Shown: positions 55,721-64,000 of the stretch, piece by piece
Numbering within the stretch: the first letter of the stretch is position 1
Layout: every line of letters starts with the position of its first letter
Source: a bacterium
GTDB taxonomy: Bacteria > SAR324 > XYD2-FULL-50-16
Assembly (NCBI GenBank): GCA_024275165.1
Contig: JAJRZQ010000028.1
Span: 7,423-71,422 of the forward strand
Reading direction: 5' to 3'
DNA length: 64,000 nucleotides
The notes under the pieces: generated by a model
The model's database searches: none
Told to the model about the DNA's origin: nothing
What the model saw: only the letters and a program-made list of their open reading frames with translations
Made by a program: the position numbers and the translations under genes

Positions 55721-57007
55721 ACCTTCAACTCTTCTCTTCCTCCAACCCTTTTGATCGGCGGGGTGCAATCGGGTTCGGGCAAAACCAGTTTTACCTTGGC
55801 TTTATTGCAGGCCTGGGCCAAAGAGGGGAAGCGGGTGCAGAGCTTTAAGGCGGGGCCTGACTTTTTGGACCCCCTTTGGCACCAAGCCGTAACGGGTCGC
55901 CCGAGTTATAACCTGGATACCCAGATGATGGGGCCTGCTGCCTGCCAAGCGATGCTGAGCCAGGGGGCGGGGGCGGATTTGGCGATTATTGAGGGGGTGA
56001 TGGGGCTTTTTGATGGCAAAAGCGGGGTGGGGGGGCCTGGTTCTAGCTTGGATTTGGCGAAAACATTAGGGGTTAAGGTATTGCTGGTGGTTAACGCCCA
56101 GGGCATGGCCGGGAGCCTTGTCCCCTTGGCGCAAGGGTTTAAGGAGGCTGCCGAGGGGCTGGGGGCGCGCTTAGGCGGGGTCTTGGCCAACCGAGTCGGG
56201 GGGGCAAGCCACGCGGGCCTGCTGCAAGAGTTGTTGAGGGAGGCGCGACTCCCTCCCCTTTTGGCCTGGTTGGAAAAAGGCGCCCCCACTCTAGGGGAGC
56301 GGCATTTAGGTCTAAAAACTCCAGAAGAGGCCCAATTGCCCGATCTGTCTTCTGCCTTGCATCTTTTGCCGGGCTGGGAATCCGCTTGGACCAGACCCAA
56401 AGCCTTTCGCCCCGTCCTGCCCGCTGAAGCCTTATTGCCTGGGCGTCGCGTCGCGATTGCCCGCGATCAAGCCTGTTCTTTTATTTACCCCGCGAACCTA
56501 GACTGGCTCAAGGCCCAGGGGGCAAAACTCACTTTTTTCTCTCCCCTAGCCGGGGAGCCCCTACCCCCCCATAGTGAGGCTTTATGGTTGCCTGGCGGCT
56601 ACCCGGAACTTTACGGAGAAAGGCTCTCTAAATCCGCAAGCTGGTCGAGCGTAAAGGCCTTTATCGAATCGGGAGGGCATGCTTTGGCCGAATGCGGGGG
56701 AATGATGCTCTTAGGGGAAAGCCTAAGGGATTTAAACAACAAAAGCTGGCCCTTGATGGGGCTTTTGCCTTTTTACACCACCCTGCAAACTCGACTTGCC
56801 GCCTTGGGCTATCGGGAGAGTCGTACAGGGGCAAGGGGGCATGAGTTTCATCATTCCAAGCGACTGCCGGCTCTGGGGGGAAAGCCCGCTTTTGACTTAG
56901 ACAAAGGGGATCAAGGCATTCAATATAAAAACCTGCGCGCCGGATATGTCCATTGGTATTTTCCCAGCGCGCCCCATAGCGTAGCGAGGTGGTTTGGAAA
57001 AGAGTAA
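55721..57007 (+). CDS. cbiA: Cobyrinate a,c-diamide synthase
   Basis: TLLIGGVQSGSGKTSFTLALLQAW plus an amidotransferase domain. The start is at Met53 of the track ORF (MTFNSS), because the preceding codons overlap the divergent cobQ start. Confidence 0.85.
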   Translation, partial: TFNSSLPPTLLIGGVQSGSGKTSFTLALLQAWAKEGKRVQSFKAGPDFLDPLWHQAVTGRPSYNLDTQMMGPAACQAMLSQGAGADLAIIEGVMGLFDGKSGVGGPGSSLDLAKTLGVKVLLVVNAQGMAGSLVPLAQGFKEAAEGLGARLGGVLANRVGGASHAGLLQELLREARLPPLLAWLEKGAPTLGERHLGLKTPEEAQLPDLSSALHLLPGWESAWTRPKAFRPVLPAEALLPGRRVAIARDQACSFIYPANLDWLKAQGAKLTFFSPLAGEPLPPHSEALWLPGGYPELYGERLSKSASWSSVKAFIESGGHALAECGGMMLLGESLRDLNNKSWPLMGLLPFYTTLQTRLAALGYRESRTGARGHEFHHSKRLPALGGKPAFDLDKGDQGIQYKNLRAGYVHWYFPSAPHSVARWFGKE

Positions 57008-57527
57008 GAAAAAAGGAGGCCTGATCGTGGTGCATACCGGCAAAGGCAAGGGAAAAAGCAGCGCCGCTATAGGCATGGTCTTTCGCGCCGCGGGTTGGGG
57101 AAAGCGGGTCTTGGTCGTTCAGTTCATCAAGGGCCAATGGTCCACCGGGGAGGAACGCGCTGCCAAGGCCTTTGAAAACATCGAATGGCACGCCTTGGGT
57201 GACGGCTTTACCTGGGACACAAAAAATTTAGCGCAAGACCAAGCTACGACTTTAAAAATATGGGACTTTGCCAAAGAAAAACTTTTTTCCGGCAACTATG
57301 ATCTGGTTCTTCTTGATGAAATCAATTATTGTCTGGATTATGGATGGCTCGACCCCAATGAAGTGGCGCGATGCTGCCAAAAAAAGCCCGCGGAAACCCA
57401 CTTGATCTTAACGGGACGAGGCGCCCCGGAAGAATTAATCGCCGTTGCCCACACCGTAACGGAGATGAAGCTGGTTACACATGCCTACCAGCAAGGTTTT
57501 GCCGCCCAAAAAGGCATTGAGTTTTAA
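56994..57527 (+). CDS. cobO: Cob(I)yrinic acid a,c-diamide adenosyltransferase
   Basis: GGLIVVHTGKGKGKSSAAIGMVFRAAG is the CobO/BtuR P-loop. Confidence 0.85.
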   Translation: MEKSKKKGGLIVVHTGKGKGKSSAAIGMVFRAAGWGKRVLVVQFIKGQWSTGEERAAKAFENIEWHALGDGFTWDTKNLAQDQATTLKIWDFAKEKLFSGNYDLVLLDEINYCLDYGWLDPNEVARCCQKKPAETHLILTGRGAPEELIAVAHTVTEMKLVTHAYQQGFAAQKGIEF

Positions 57528-57547
57528 TTTAGCCGAAGGAATAAGTC

Positions 57548-58183
57548 ATGCATATTGAACCTGGATTCATCGCCCCACCCAAATTGATGCTCGCTCAAGT
57601 CGGCCTCATTGGCTTATTGGCCTACCACGCCAAAAACCTCATCCAACCCAGTTTGGCGCTGCGCACCCTCTTGGCCGCGGTGTTTTTTACCCTCTTTATG
57701 GAGGTTTACTTTCAACCTGTGGGCCCTTCTGAGTTGCATTTTGTGGGGGCCATCGCCGTATATATGGTGTTTGGTTTTGTGCCCACCCTGTTTGCCTTTG
57801 GTTTGGGGTTGGCCTTGCAGGGCTTTTTCTTCCACCCTACGGATTTAATGAATCTGGCGGTCAACAGTCTTTCCCTAATGCTTCCTTTGCTTGCCGTTCA
57901 TAGCCTGCGCCAAAACTTAGAGGCGAAAAAAGGCAAGCTGACCTGGCAGGACTTGGTGAAGCTTGACGCGGTCTATTATTCTGGGGTCACCTTGATGGTT
58001 GGCTTTTGGCTCTTAGGCGAAGGGGTAACGAATTTTACGGCTTGGGCGCAATTCGCTCTTTCTTACGCCCTTATGGTCATGGCCGAACCTCTGTTGACCC
58101 TTTTTGTGGTCAAGGGCTTAAAACCCTTTGCCAAAAAGAAATGGGCGGTAGCCAGTTTGGATTTGGCGCCTGTAAGCGTTTAG
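57548..58183 (+). CDS. CbiM-like membrane protein (ECF-type cobalt transporter substrate-capture family)
   Basis: The N-terminus MHIEPGFI resembles the CbiM MHIxxG start. The protein has 5-6 transmembrane helices and sits inside the cbi cluster. No cbiNQO genes are adjacent. Confidence 0.5.
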   Translation: MHIEPGFIAPPKLMLAQVGLIGLLAYHAKNLIQPSLALRTLLAAVFFTLFMEVYFQPVGPSELHFVGAIAVYMVFGFVPTLFAFGLGLALQGFFFHPTDLMNLAVNSLSLMLPLLAVHSLRQNLEAKKGKLTWQDLVKLDAVYYSGVTLMVGFWLLGEGVTNFTAWAQFALSYALMVMAEPLLTLFVVKGLKPFAKKKWAVASLDLAPVSV

Positions 58184-58186
58184 GGA

Positions 58187-58966
58187 ATGGGCAAGGTTTG
58201 GTTTGTGGGCGCCGGGCCCGGGGACGCGGAACTGATCACCGTGAAGGGGATGAATCTTTTATCCCAAGCCGGGGCCGTGCTTTATGCGGGCTCCTTGGTA
58301 TCGCAGGCGGCCTTGCGTTGGGTTTCTCCTTCTTGTGAAGTGGCGGACTCTAAATCCATGACCTTAGAAGAAATCACCGTTTGGCTCGCCGGCAAAGCGG
58401 GCCGACACGCAACGGTGGTGCGCCTGCAAACCGGAGATCCCAGCCTATATGGGGCCTTAATGGAGGTCGCGCGACCTTTGAAACAACAGGGGATTGAGTT
58501 TCAAGTCGTCCCTGGGGTTTCTTCCGCTTTTGCTTCCGCGGCAGCGGCGGGGGAAAGCCTAACCCTGCCCGAAGTCACCCAAAGCGTGATTTTTACCCGT
58601 ACCGAGGGGCGCACTCCCATGCCGGCGGGGGAAGACTTAGCCGCCTTGGCGAGTCACCATTGCAGCCTGTGCATTTTCCTTTCGGCCACCTTAACCGAGC
58701 AGGTGCAGCAAGCCCTTAGAGAGGCCGGCTGGGCGGAAGACTCCCCTATTTTAATTGTACAAAAAGCCTCTTGGCCCGAGGGGGAACAAGTCCTCTACAG
58801 CAATCTCGCCGACTTGAAAACAGACTGCCAAGCCGCCAAGATCAGCAGCCAAGCGATGATCATCGCCAGCCCGACCCTGGGAGCAAAAAACTGGCGGGAA
58901 CTAAAAAAATCAAAACTCTATGCCGCCGATTTTGCGCATCGTTTCAGAAAAATAAAAAAGACATGA
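58187..58966 (+). CDS. cbiF: Cobalt-precorrin-4 C11-methyltransferase
   Basis: WFVGAGPGDAELITVKG and the tetrapyrrole methylase fold. Confidence 0.85.
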   Translation: MGKVWFVGAGPGDAELITVKGMNLLSQAGAVLYAGSLVSQAALRWVSPSCEVADSKSMTLEEITVWLAGKAGRHATVVRLQTGDPSLYGALMEVARPLKQQGIEFQVVPGVSSAFASAAAAGESLTLPEVTQSVIFTRTEGRTPMPAGEDLAALASHHCSLCIFLSATLTEQVQQALREAGWAEDSPILIVQKASWPEGEQVLYSNLADLKTDCQAAKISSQAMIIASPTLGAKNWRELKKSKLYAADFAHRFRKIKKT

Positions 58967-59841
58967 ATACCAAGGTACTGCTTGTAGGGCATGGTTCTCG
59001 CGGGCCCGGGGGCAACGCGGAGGTATTGACCTTCGCAAAGCAATGGCAAGATAAGGTGGAATGGCCTGTGGAGGTTTGTTATTTGGAATTTGCCGATCGG
59101 CTCTTGCCTGAGGGGTTGCGCCAAGCCGCCCAAGGGGTAGAGCGGGTGGTGGTACTGCCCCTGATTCTCAACGCGGCAGGCCATGTAAAAATGGAAATCC
59201 CGCTTGCTTTAGAGCAGGCGCGCATCGTCTTTCCCCAAACGCGTTTTCTCTTAGCCCCGCATTTGGGCGCGAACGAGGCTATTTTGACCCTGCTGCTCCG
59301 TCGCTTGCGCCAAGGGATGGAGGAGTTGCATTGCCCCGACCCTAAAACCACGGGGGTGATTTTACTGGGTCGGGGTTCATCGGATGCCGGGGCAAACAGC
59401 GAGGTCGCCAAGATGGCGCGCTGGCTTTTTGAGGAAACAGCGCACGAGTTGGTGGAAATCGCCTTTACGGGAATCACCTATCCCCGTTTGGAAACCGTGG
59501 TGCAACGCCTACAGCGTTTAGGCATGAGTCAGGTCGTTATTTTGCCTTATTATCTTTTTACCGGTCGCTTGATCGAGCGCATTCACTCCCAAGTCGAGCG
59601 CTTGCAAGGGCAATACCCGCAAATCGCCTTTGCTTTGGGGAACTATTTCGGTTTTGCCGCAGAAATCAACCAACTCATGAGCCAGCGACTCGACGAGGCC
59701 CTAGCGGAGACCCCACAGGGAATTTTAGCCTGTGAGGGTTGCAGTTATCGCAAAAAAGCGAGTTTGGGCCTGGAACACTCCCATTCCCACAATCACGAGC
59801 ATGGCCACGGCCACGCCTCACGCCTCCAGCGGGCAACCTGA
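58963..59841 (+). CDS. cbiX: Sirohydrochlorin cobaltochelatase CbiX (long form with a His-rich C-terminus)
   Basis: VLLVGHGSR... is the CbiX start, followed by a second half-domain and the tail HSHSHNHEHGHGH. The start ATG 58963 overlaps the cbiF stop. Confidence 0.8.
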   Translation: MNTKVLLVGHGSRGPGGNAEVLTFAKQWQDKVEWPVEVCYLEFADRLLPEGLRQAAQGVERVVVLPLILNAAGHVKMEIPLALEQARIVFPQTRFLLAPHLGANEAILTLLLRRLRQGMEELHCPDPKTTGVILLGRGSSDAGANSEVAKMARWLFEETAHELVEIAFTGITYPRLETVVQRLQRLGMSQVVILPYYLFTGRLIERIHSQVERLQGQYPQIAFALGNYFGFAAEINQLMSQRLDEALAETPQGILACEGCSYRKKASLGLEHSHSHNHEHGHGHASRLQRAT

Positions 59842-59845
59842 AACG

Positions 59846-60505
59846 ATGAGCAAGACCAAAGTAACCGACCAACTCACCCCCAAAGGCCGCCAGATTGAAG
59901 CGGGCTCTTTCGCCATTGTAGATCAAGAGGCGGGGCCTCACTCCTATTCCCCAGAGCAATGGCAGGTGGTGCGTCGGATGATCCATGCCTCTGCCGACTT
60001 TGAATTCAACGGCTTGACCGCTTTTCATCCCCAAGCGATTGAGGCGGGGCTTGCCGCCTTAAAAGGCGGCGCGGCCATTGTCAGTGATGTGGAAATGATC
60101 ACCGTTGGGGTTTCTAAGGCGCGCTGCAAACATTTTGGGGTCACGGTGCATCAATTCATCTCCGATGAGGATGTGATCGCCCTGGCAAAAGCGGAAAACA
60201 CCACCCGCGCCGTGCAGGCCATGCGGAAGGCGCAACGATTCGGCCTCTTGGAGGGGGCGATTTTGGCTTTTGGCAATGCCCCCACCGCTTTATTGGAAGC
60301 CCTTCGCTTGATTCAAGAAGAGGGGGCCAAGCCCGCCTTGGTCATCGGCATGCCCGTGGGTTTTGTGTCTGCGGCGGAATCAAAAGAGCAACTCATGGAG
60401 TTGGAGCAAACCCCCTGGATCACCATTCAAGGCCGCAAAGGGGGCAGCCCCCTGGTGGTTTCGGCGATTCACGCCCTCATGACCTTGGCGGAACAGACCT
60501 CTTAA
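59846..60505 (+). CDS. cbiC: Cobalt-precorrin-8 methylmutase
   Basis: A CbiC/CobH fold (IHASADFEF...LAFGNAPTAL). The start is at Met39 of the track ORF, directly after the cbiX stop. Confidence 0.85.
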   Translation: MSKTKVTDQLTPKGRQIEAGSFAIVDQEAGPHSYSPEQWQVVRRMIHASADFEFNGLTAFHPQAIEAGLAALKGGAAIVSDVEMITVGVSKARCKHFGVTVHQFISDEDVIALAKAENTTRAVQAMRKAQRFGLLEGAILAFGNAPTALLEALRLIQEEGAKPALVIGMPVGFVSAAESKEQLMELEQTPWITIQGRKGGSPLVVSAIHALMTLAEQTS

Positions 60506-60519
60506 TTTATCGGCTCATC

Positions 60520-61623
60520 ATGAAAAAAGGCACAGGAGGGGGACTACGCACGGGCTACAGTACGGGTGCCTGCTCCGCTGCCGCTGCTCGAGCCGCCATG
60601 TTGGGCTTGCTGACCGGTCAAGTTCCCTCGGAGGTGGTCTGCCAAATCCCCAATGGGGATCAGGTGTATTTTACCATCAGCCAAAGCCTGGTGGAAGAAA
60701 ATCACGCCCAGGCAGTGGTCATTAAAAAGGCGGGCGACGACCCCGATGTAACTGATCAAGCGGCAATCACCGTTGATCTGCGCTGGTTGCCCGAGCAACC
60801 GGGCAAGGTGAGCTTTGTCGCGGGCCCAGGGGTGGGGCAAGTGACTCTCCCCGGGTTAGGGCTGGAGGTTGGCGGCCCGGCGATCAATCCCGTGCCCCGA
60901 AAAAACATTGCCGAGAACCTAAGGCAGGTGGCGGCGGAGGCCTTACAGGCCCAAGGGGTGGAGGTCACCATTTCAGTGCCCGGTGGGGAGAAACTCGCTA
61001 AACGCACCCTCAACCCTCGCTTAGGGGTTTTGGGGGGGATTTCGATTTTGGGCACCTCAGGCCTGGTCAAGCCCTATTCCACCGCTGCCTTTAAGGCTTG
61101 CGTGGTGCAGGGGGTGGAGGTTGCCGCCAGTCAAGGGCTGCGTCTTGTTGTTTTGACCACAGGTGGGCGCACGGAAAAATTTATGCAAAGAGAATTGGCC
61201 CATTTGCCTCCACCGGCCTTTGTGCAGATGGGCGACTTCATTGGGGCCGCTCTGGAAATCGCTGCGCGACAAGGTTTAAAGGAAGTGGTTATCGGGGCCA
61301 TGGTGGGCAAATTGACGAAAATCGCTCAAGGGGTGAAGCAGACCCACGCGAGAAAATCCAAGGTGGATCAAACTCTTTTAGCTCAGTTGGCCGAACAGGT
61401 GGGGGCGGAGCCGGCTATTTGCCAAGAGATTTTAGCGGCCCAAACCGCCCGCTTCGCGGCGGAACGCTTGGCCGAAGTGGGTTTGGATCAAGCCTTTTAC
61501 CGGGCCTTAGCCCGACACGCCTGGAAGCGATTGAGCCAAACCCACTCCTTTCAGTTTCGTATTTTAGTTTGTGATTTTGCGGGAAATAAATTGCTGGATT
61601 ACGCGGGGCCTCAAGATGACTAA
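60520..61623 (+). CDS. cbiD: Cobalt-precorrin-5B C1-methyltransferase
   Basis: LRTGYSTGACSAAAARAA is the CbiD N-terminus. The protein is 367 aa. Confidence 0.85.
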   Translation: MKKGTGGGLRTGYSTGACSAAAARAAMLGLLTGQVPSEVVCQIPNGDQVYFTISQSLVEENHAQAVVIKKAGDDPDVTDQAAITVDLRWLPEQPGKVSFVAGPGVGQVTLPGLGLEVGGPAINPVPRKNIAENLRQVAAEALQAQGVEVTISVPGGEKLAKRTLNPRLGVLGGISILGTSGLVKPYSTAAFKACVVQGVEVAASQGLRLVVLTTGGRTEKFMQRELAHLPPPAFVQMGDFIGAALEIAARQGLKEVVIGAMVGKLTKIAQGVKQTHARKSKVDQTLLAQLAEQVGAEPAICQEILAAQTARFAAERLAEVGLDQAFYRALARHAWKRLSQTHSFQFRILVCDFAGNKLLDYAGPQDD

Positions 61624-62896
61624 ACGCTGCCCCGTTGTGGGCCTTCTTCCCGATCCTTCGCCTCTGCATCCCCTGGCCTTGCGGCGGCTCAAAGAGGCTA
61701 CTTTGGTCATCGGCTCTCAGGAGCAATTAACCCAAGCGGCCCCCTGGCTGGCTCCCAAGGCGAGGCGTTATGATCTCTTGGGTCGGTTGCAAAGCGTGCC
61801 GGAAGTGATCGAGGCAGCCTGGAAAAAAGGTGAAACCCCTCTCGTCTTAGCCACCGGTGACCCCTTTTGCCAGGGGATTGGCGCTTATTTAGCGAGTCGT
61901 TTGGGGGCGCAAAATTTAGAAATTTTCCCTCATCTCTCGGTGATTCAACTGGCCGCGGCTCAAATCGGGCTCGCTTGGCAGGGGGTGAAGGTGGTCAGTC
62001 TGCATTGCGCCGATTTAGGGGAATGGGCCTGGGGGGCAGACCCCCGCAATGGGCTTTATCCTCTGCGTCAAGCCTTGGCCGGCCCAGGCCCCTGGGCGGT
62101 GTTCACCGGGCCCGCGAACGGGCCCGATAAGGTCGCCCGCTTGCTGGAGAGGGAGGGAATCGCCGATGAATTCGCCTTGCACCTCTTTGAGCGCCTGCAA
62201 TACCCCGATGAGCGGGCGCGGCTTCACCTGAGCGCCTTTGAATTGTCGCAGGGGCCTTTTTTAGAGCCGAACCTGCTTTGGCTCACCCGCCTTACCCCTC
62301 CGGCGAGCCCCCAACTCTTTGGCTTGGCCGACCAAGCCTACCAAACCCGCAAGCCGGAAAAGGGCCTGATCACCAAACGAGAGGTTCGCTGTCTCGCCTT
62401 GGGGCTCTTGGAGTTGACCGAGGAGACTTGGCTTTGGGATATTGGCGCGGGCTCCGGCTCGGTCGGATTGGAGGCGGCAAGAATCTGTACCAAAGGCCAT
62501 GTGTGGGCCATGGAAAAAAACGCGGAAGATTACGCGATTGCCTTAAAAAACCGTCAAGCCATGCGGGTTTTTAATTATAGCCTATTTCATTGTAAGGCCC
62601 CAGAAGGGTTGGAGACTTGGCCCGACCCGGACGCGGTTTTTATCGGCGGCTCAGGGGGGGAGTTGAGAGGGCTGATCCAGCTTGTTTTGCGGCGGTTAAA
62701 GCCTCAAGGTAGGTTGGCGCTTACTTTTGTGACCTTAGAAAACCTAGCCCTTGCCCAGGCAGAACTCAAAGCCTGGGGCGGGGATTGGGGGATGATCCAA
62801 AGCCAAGCGAGCCGCAGCCAACCGATTTTAAAGATGCACCGCTTTGCGGCGGAGCATCCGGTATGGCTGCTCTGGGCAAAAAAAGGAGAGGCATGA
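61616..62896 (+). CDS. cbiET: Cobalt-precorrin-6B C5,C15-methyltransferase, decarboxylating (CbiE-CbiT fusion)
   Basis: A CbiE-like N-terminal half and a CbiT-like SAM-methyltransferase C-terminal half (DIGAGSGSV). It overlaps cbiD by 8 nt. Confidence 0.85.
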   Translation: MTKRCPVVGLLPDPSPLHPLALRRLKEATLVIGSQEQLTQAAPWLAPKARRYDLLGRLQSVPEVIEAAWKKGETPLVLATGDPFCQGIGAYLASRLGAQNLEIFPHLSVIQLAAAQIGLAWQGVKVVSLHCADLGEWAWGADPRNGLYPLRQALAGPGPWAVFTGPANGPDKVARLLEREGIADEFALHLFERLQYPDERARLHLSAFELSQGPFLEPNLLWLTRLTPPASPQLFGLADQAYQTRKPEKGLITKREVRCLALGLLELTEETWLWDIGAGSGSVGLEAARICTKGHVWAMEKNAEDYAIALKNRQAMRVFNYSLFHCKAPEGLETWPDPDAVFIGGSGGELRGLIQLVLRRLKPQGRLALTFVTLENLALAQAELKAWGGDWGMIQSQASRSQPILKMHRFAAEHPVWLLWAKKGEA

Positions 62897-63666
62897 AGCC
62901 AGGCCGATTGATCGGGCTTTCTCTAGGCCCGGGGGACCCGGGGCTGATCACCCGCAAAGCCTGGGAAGCCTTACGGGGAAATGCCTTATGGTGTTACCCC
63001 ATCCGCAAGCGGGGGGCGGAGAGTTTTGCCTTAAGCATTGTAAAACGCGCTGGTTTGACAGTGCCCAAAGAGGCCAAGGCCTTGATCTTTCCCATGACGA
63101 GCGAGCGGGGAAAACTCAACCAAGCCTGGGCTGTTGCCGCGAAAGAGCTTTTTGAGGTTTTATCTTCTGGTCGAGACGCCCTTTTTTTAGTGGAGGGGGA
63201 TGCCTCCACCTATTCCACCTTTGCCCACCTTGCCCGCAGCTTAAAAGCCTTGGAACCCAGGGTTGAGATTGAGGTCCTCCCCGGGGTGACCTCCTTTCAT
63301 GCCGCCGCCGCTCATCTGCAAGAGCCCTTGGCCCTGGAAGGGGATACCTTTGCGGTGATCCCCGCGGGTTATGGGGTCGAGGTCATCCGCCGCCTTTTGC
63401 CGGAGTTCGATTGCCTTGTTTTGCTGAAAGTCAAACCCCTCTTAGATGAATTGATCCAACTCATTGAGGAGGAAGGCCTGAGCGCGGAAGCCCGTTTTAT
63501 TGAAAAGGTGGGCACCCCGGAAGAACGAATTGAAACCGAAATCAAAAAATTGCGAGGGGAAAAGGTCAATTACCTTTCCTTGTTGATCTTACGCCATCCC
63601 CAGCGGCAGCGGGGAGCCCTGATCCAGGGATGTAAAAAGAAAACACCGGAACAAACCAAGCTATGA
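62893..63666 (+). CDS. cbiL: Cobalt-precorrin-2 C20-methyltransferase
   Basis: LIGLSLGPGDPGLITRKA is the tetrapyrrole methylase motif. Its ATG overlaps the cbiET stop in an ATGA arrangement. Confidence 0.85.
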   Translation: MKPGRLIGLSLGPGDPGLITRKAWEALRGNALWCYPIRKRGAESFALSIVKRAGLTVPKEAKALIFPMTSERGKLNQAWAVAAKELFEVLSSGRDALFLVEGDASTYSTFAHLARSLKALEPRVEIEVLPGVTSFHAAAAHLQEPLALEGDTFAVIPAGYGVEVIRRLLPEFDCLVLLKVKPLLDELIQLIEEEGLSAEARFIEKVGTPEERIETEIKKLRGEKVNYLSLLILRHPQRQRGALIQGCKKKTPEQTKL

Positions 63667-64000
63667 GTCAGCCTAAAATCGCTTTTGTGGCCATTACCCG
63701 GCATGGGGCGGAAATAATCCAGGAACAGGCAAAGCATCTGCCGGAGGCGGATTTTTTTATTATTGGAAAATTCTTATCCCTAGTGAATCACCCCAGGGCG
63801 AAGGCGATCCCCGGGAAGGTGGCCGCCGCGGTGGGCCAACTCTTTCAAAGTTATGACCAGTTGGTTTTTTTTGTTTCCATTGGGGCGGTGGTACGCCTCA
63901 TCGCCCCGCATTTAAAAAGTAAAGAGACCGATCCGGGCGTGATCGCCTTAGATGACGAGGCCCGCTTTGTGATCCCCGTTCTTTCGGGGCATGTGGGCGG
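63663..64000 (+). CDS. cbiG: Cobalt-precorrin-5A hydrolase CbiG, N-terminal fragment (continues beyond the window)
   Basis: MSQPKIAFVAITRHGAEI...VIPVLSGHVGG is a CbiG N-terminal domain. Its ATG overlaps the cbiL stop. Confidence 0.7.
   Translation, partial: MSQPKIAFVAITRHGAEIIQEQAKHLPEADFFIIGKFLSLVNHPRAKAIPGKVAAAVGQLFQSYDQLVFFVSIGAVVRLIAPHLKSKETDPGVIALDDEARFVIPVLSGHVG

Overview
This 64 kb window is a bacterial chromosomal segment of about 55% GC, densely coded, with many proline-rich proteins and frequent G/C homopolymers. I saw no rRNA or tRNA genes, no CRISPR array, and no transposase or integrase.

The layout, in order:
- The 3' end of rimP, then the nusA-infB-rbfA operon with a strong hairpin terminator.
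- A PAS hybrid histidine kinase.
- prfA, rpmE and rho on the minus strand.
- A five-gene minus-strand operon of largely uncharacterized proteins directly upstream of rho.
- A short-chain dehydrogenase.
- A long minus-strand gene string that includes a DksA/TraR-family protein, a GAF-HD-GYP protein, the Mg-chelatase-like ATPase YifB, and a B12-binding radical SAM protein.
- A glycan biosynthesis island.
- ndh (NDH-2) and pcm.
- Two tandem paralogous secreted beta-barrel-like proteins, convergent with a FecR-like secreted protein and a 119-aa partner.
- bcp.
- A CheA-type kinase with an N-terminal cNMP-binding domain, and a degenerate HD-GYP protein.
- An ArnT-like GT-C glycosyltransferase, an OM protein, a lone TfoX C-terminal domain protein, and a LysR regulator divergent from a radical SAM protein.
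- A SAM methyltransferase, a DEAD-box helicase, a 500-aa orphan protein.
- An MMPL-MlaC-MlaA cluster.
- A large cobalamin (cbi/cob) cluster running off the 3' edge.

The most noteworthy non-obvious signals are a recurrent intergenic hairpin motif, the uncharacterized operon next to rho, the unusual CheA-like kinase, the paralogous secreted protein pair, and long G/C homopolymers at the 5' ends of glycan-modification genes.

All calls come from reading the translations and sequence by eye. No database searches were run.
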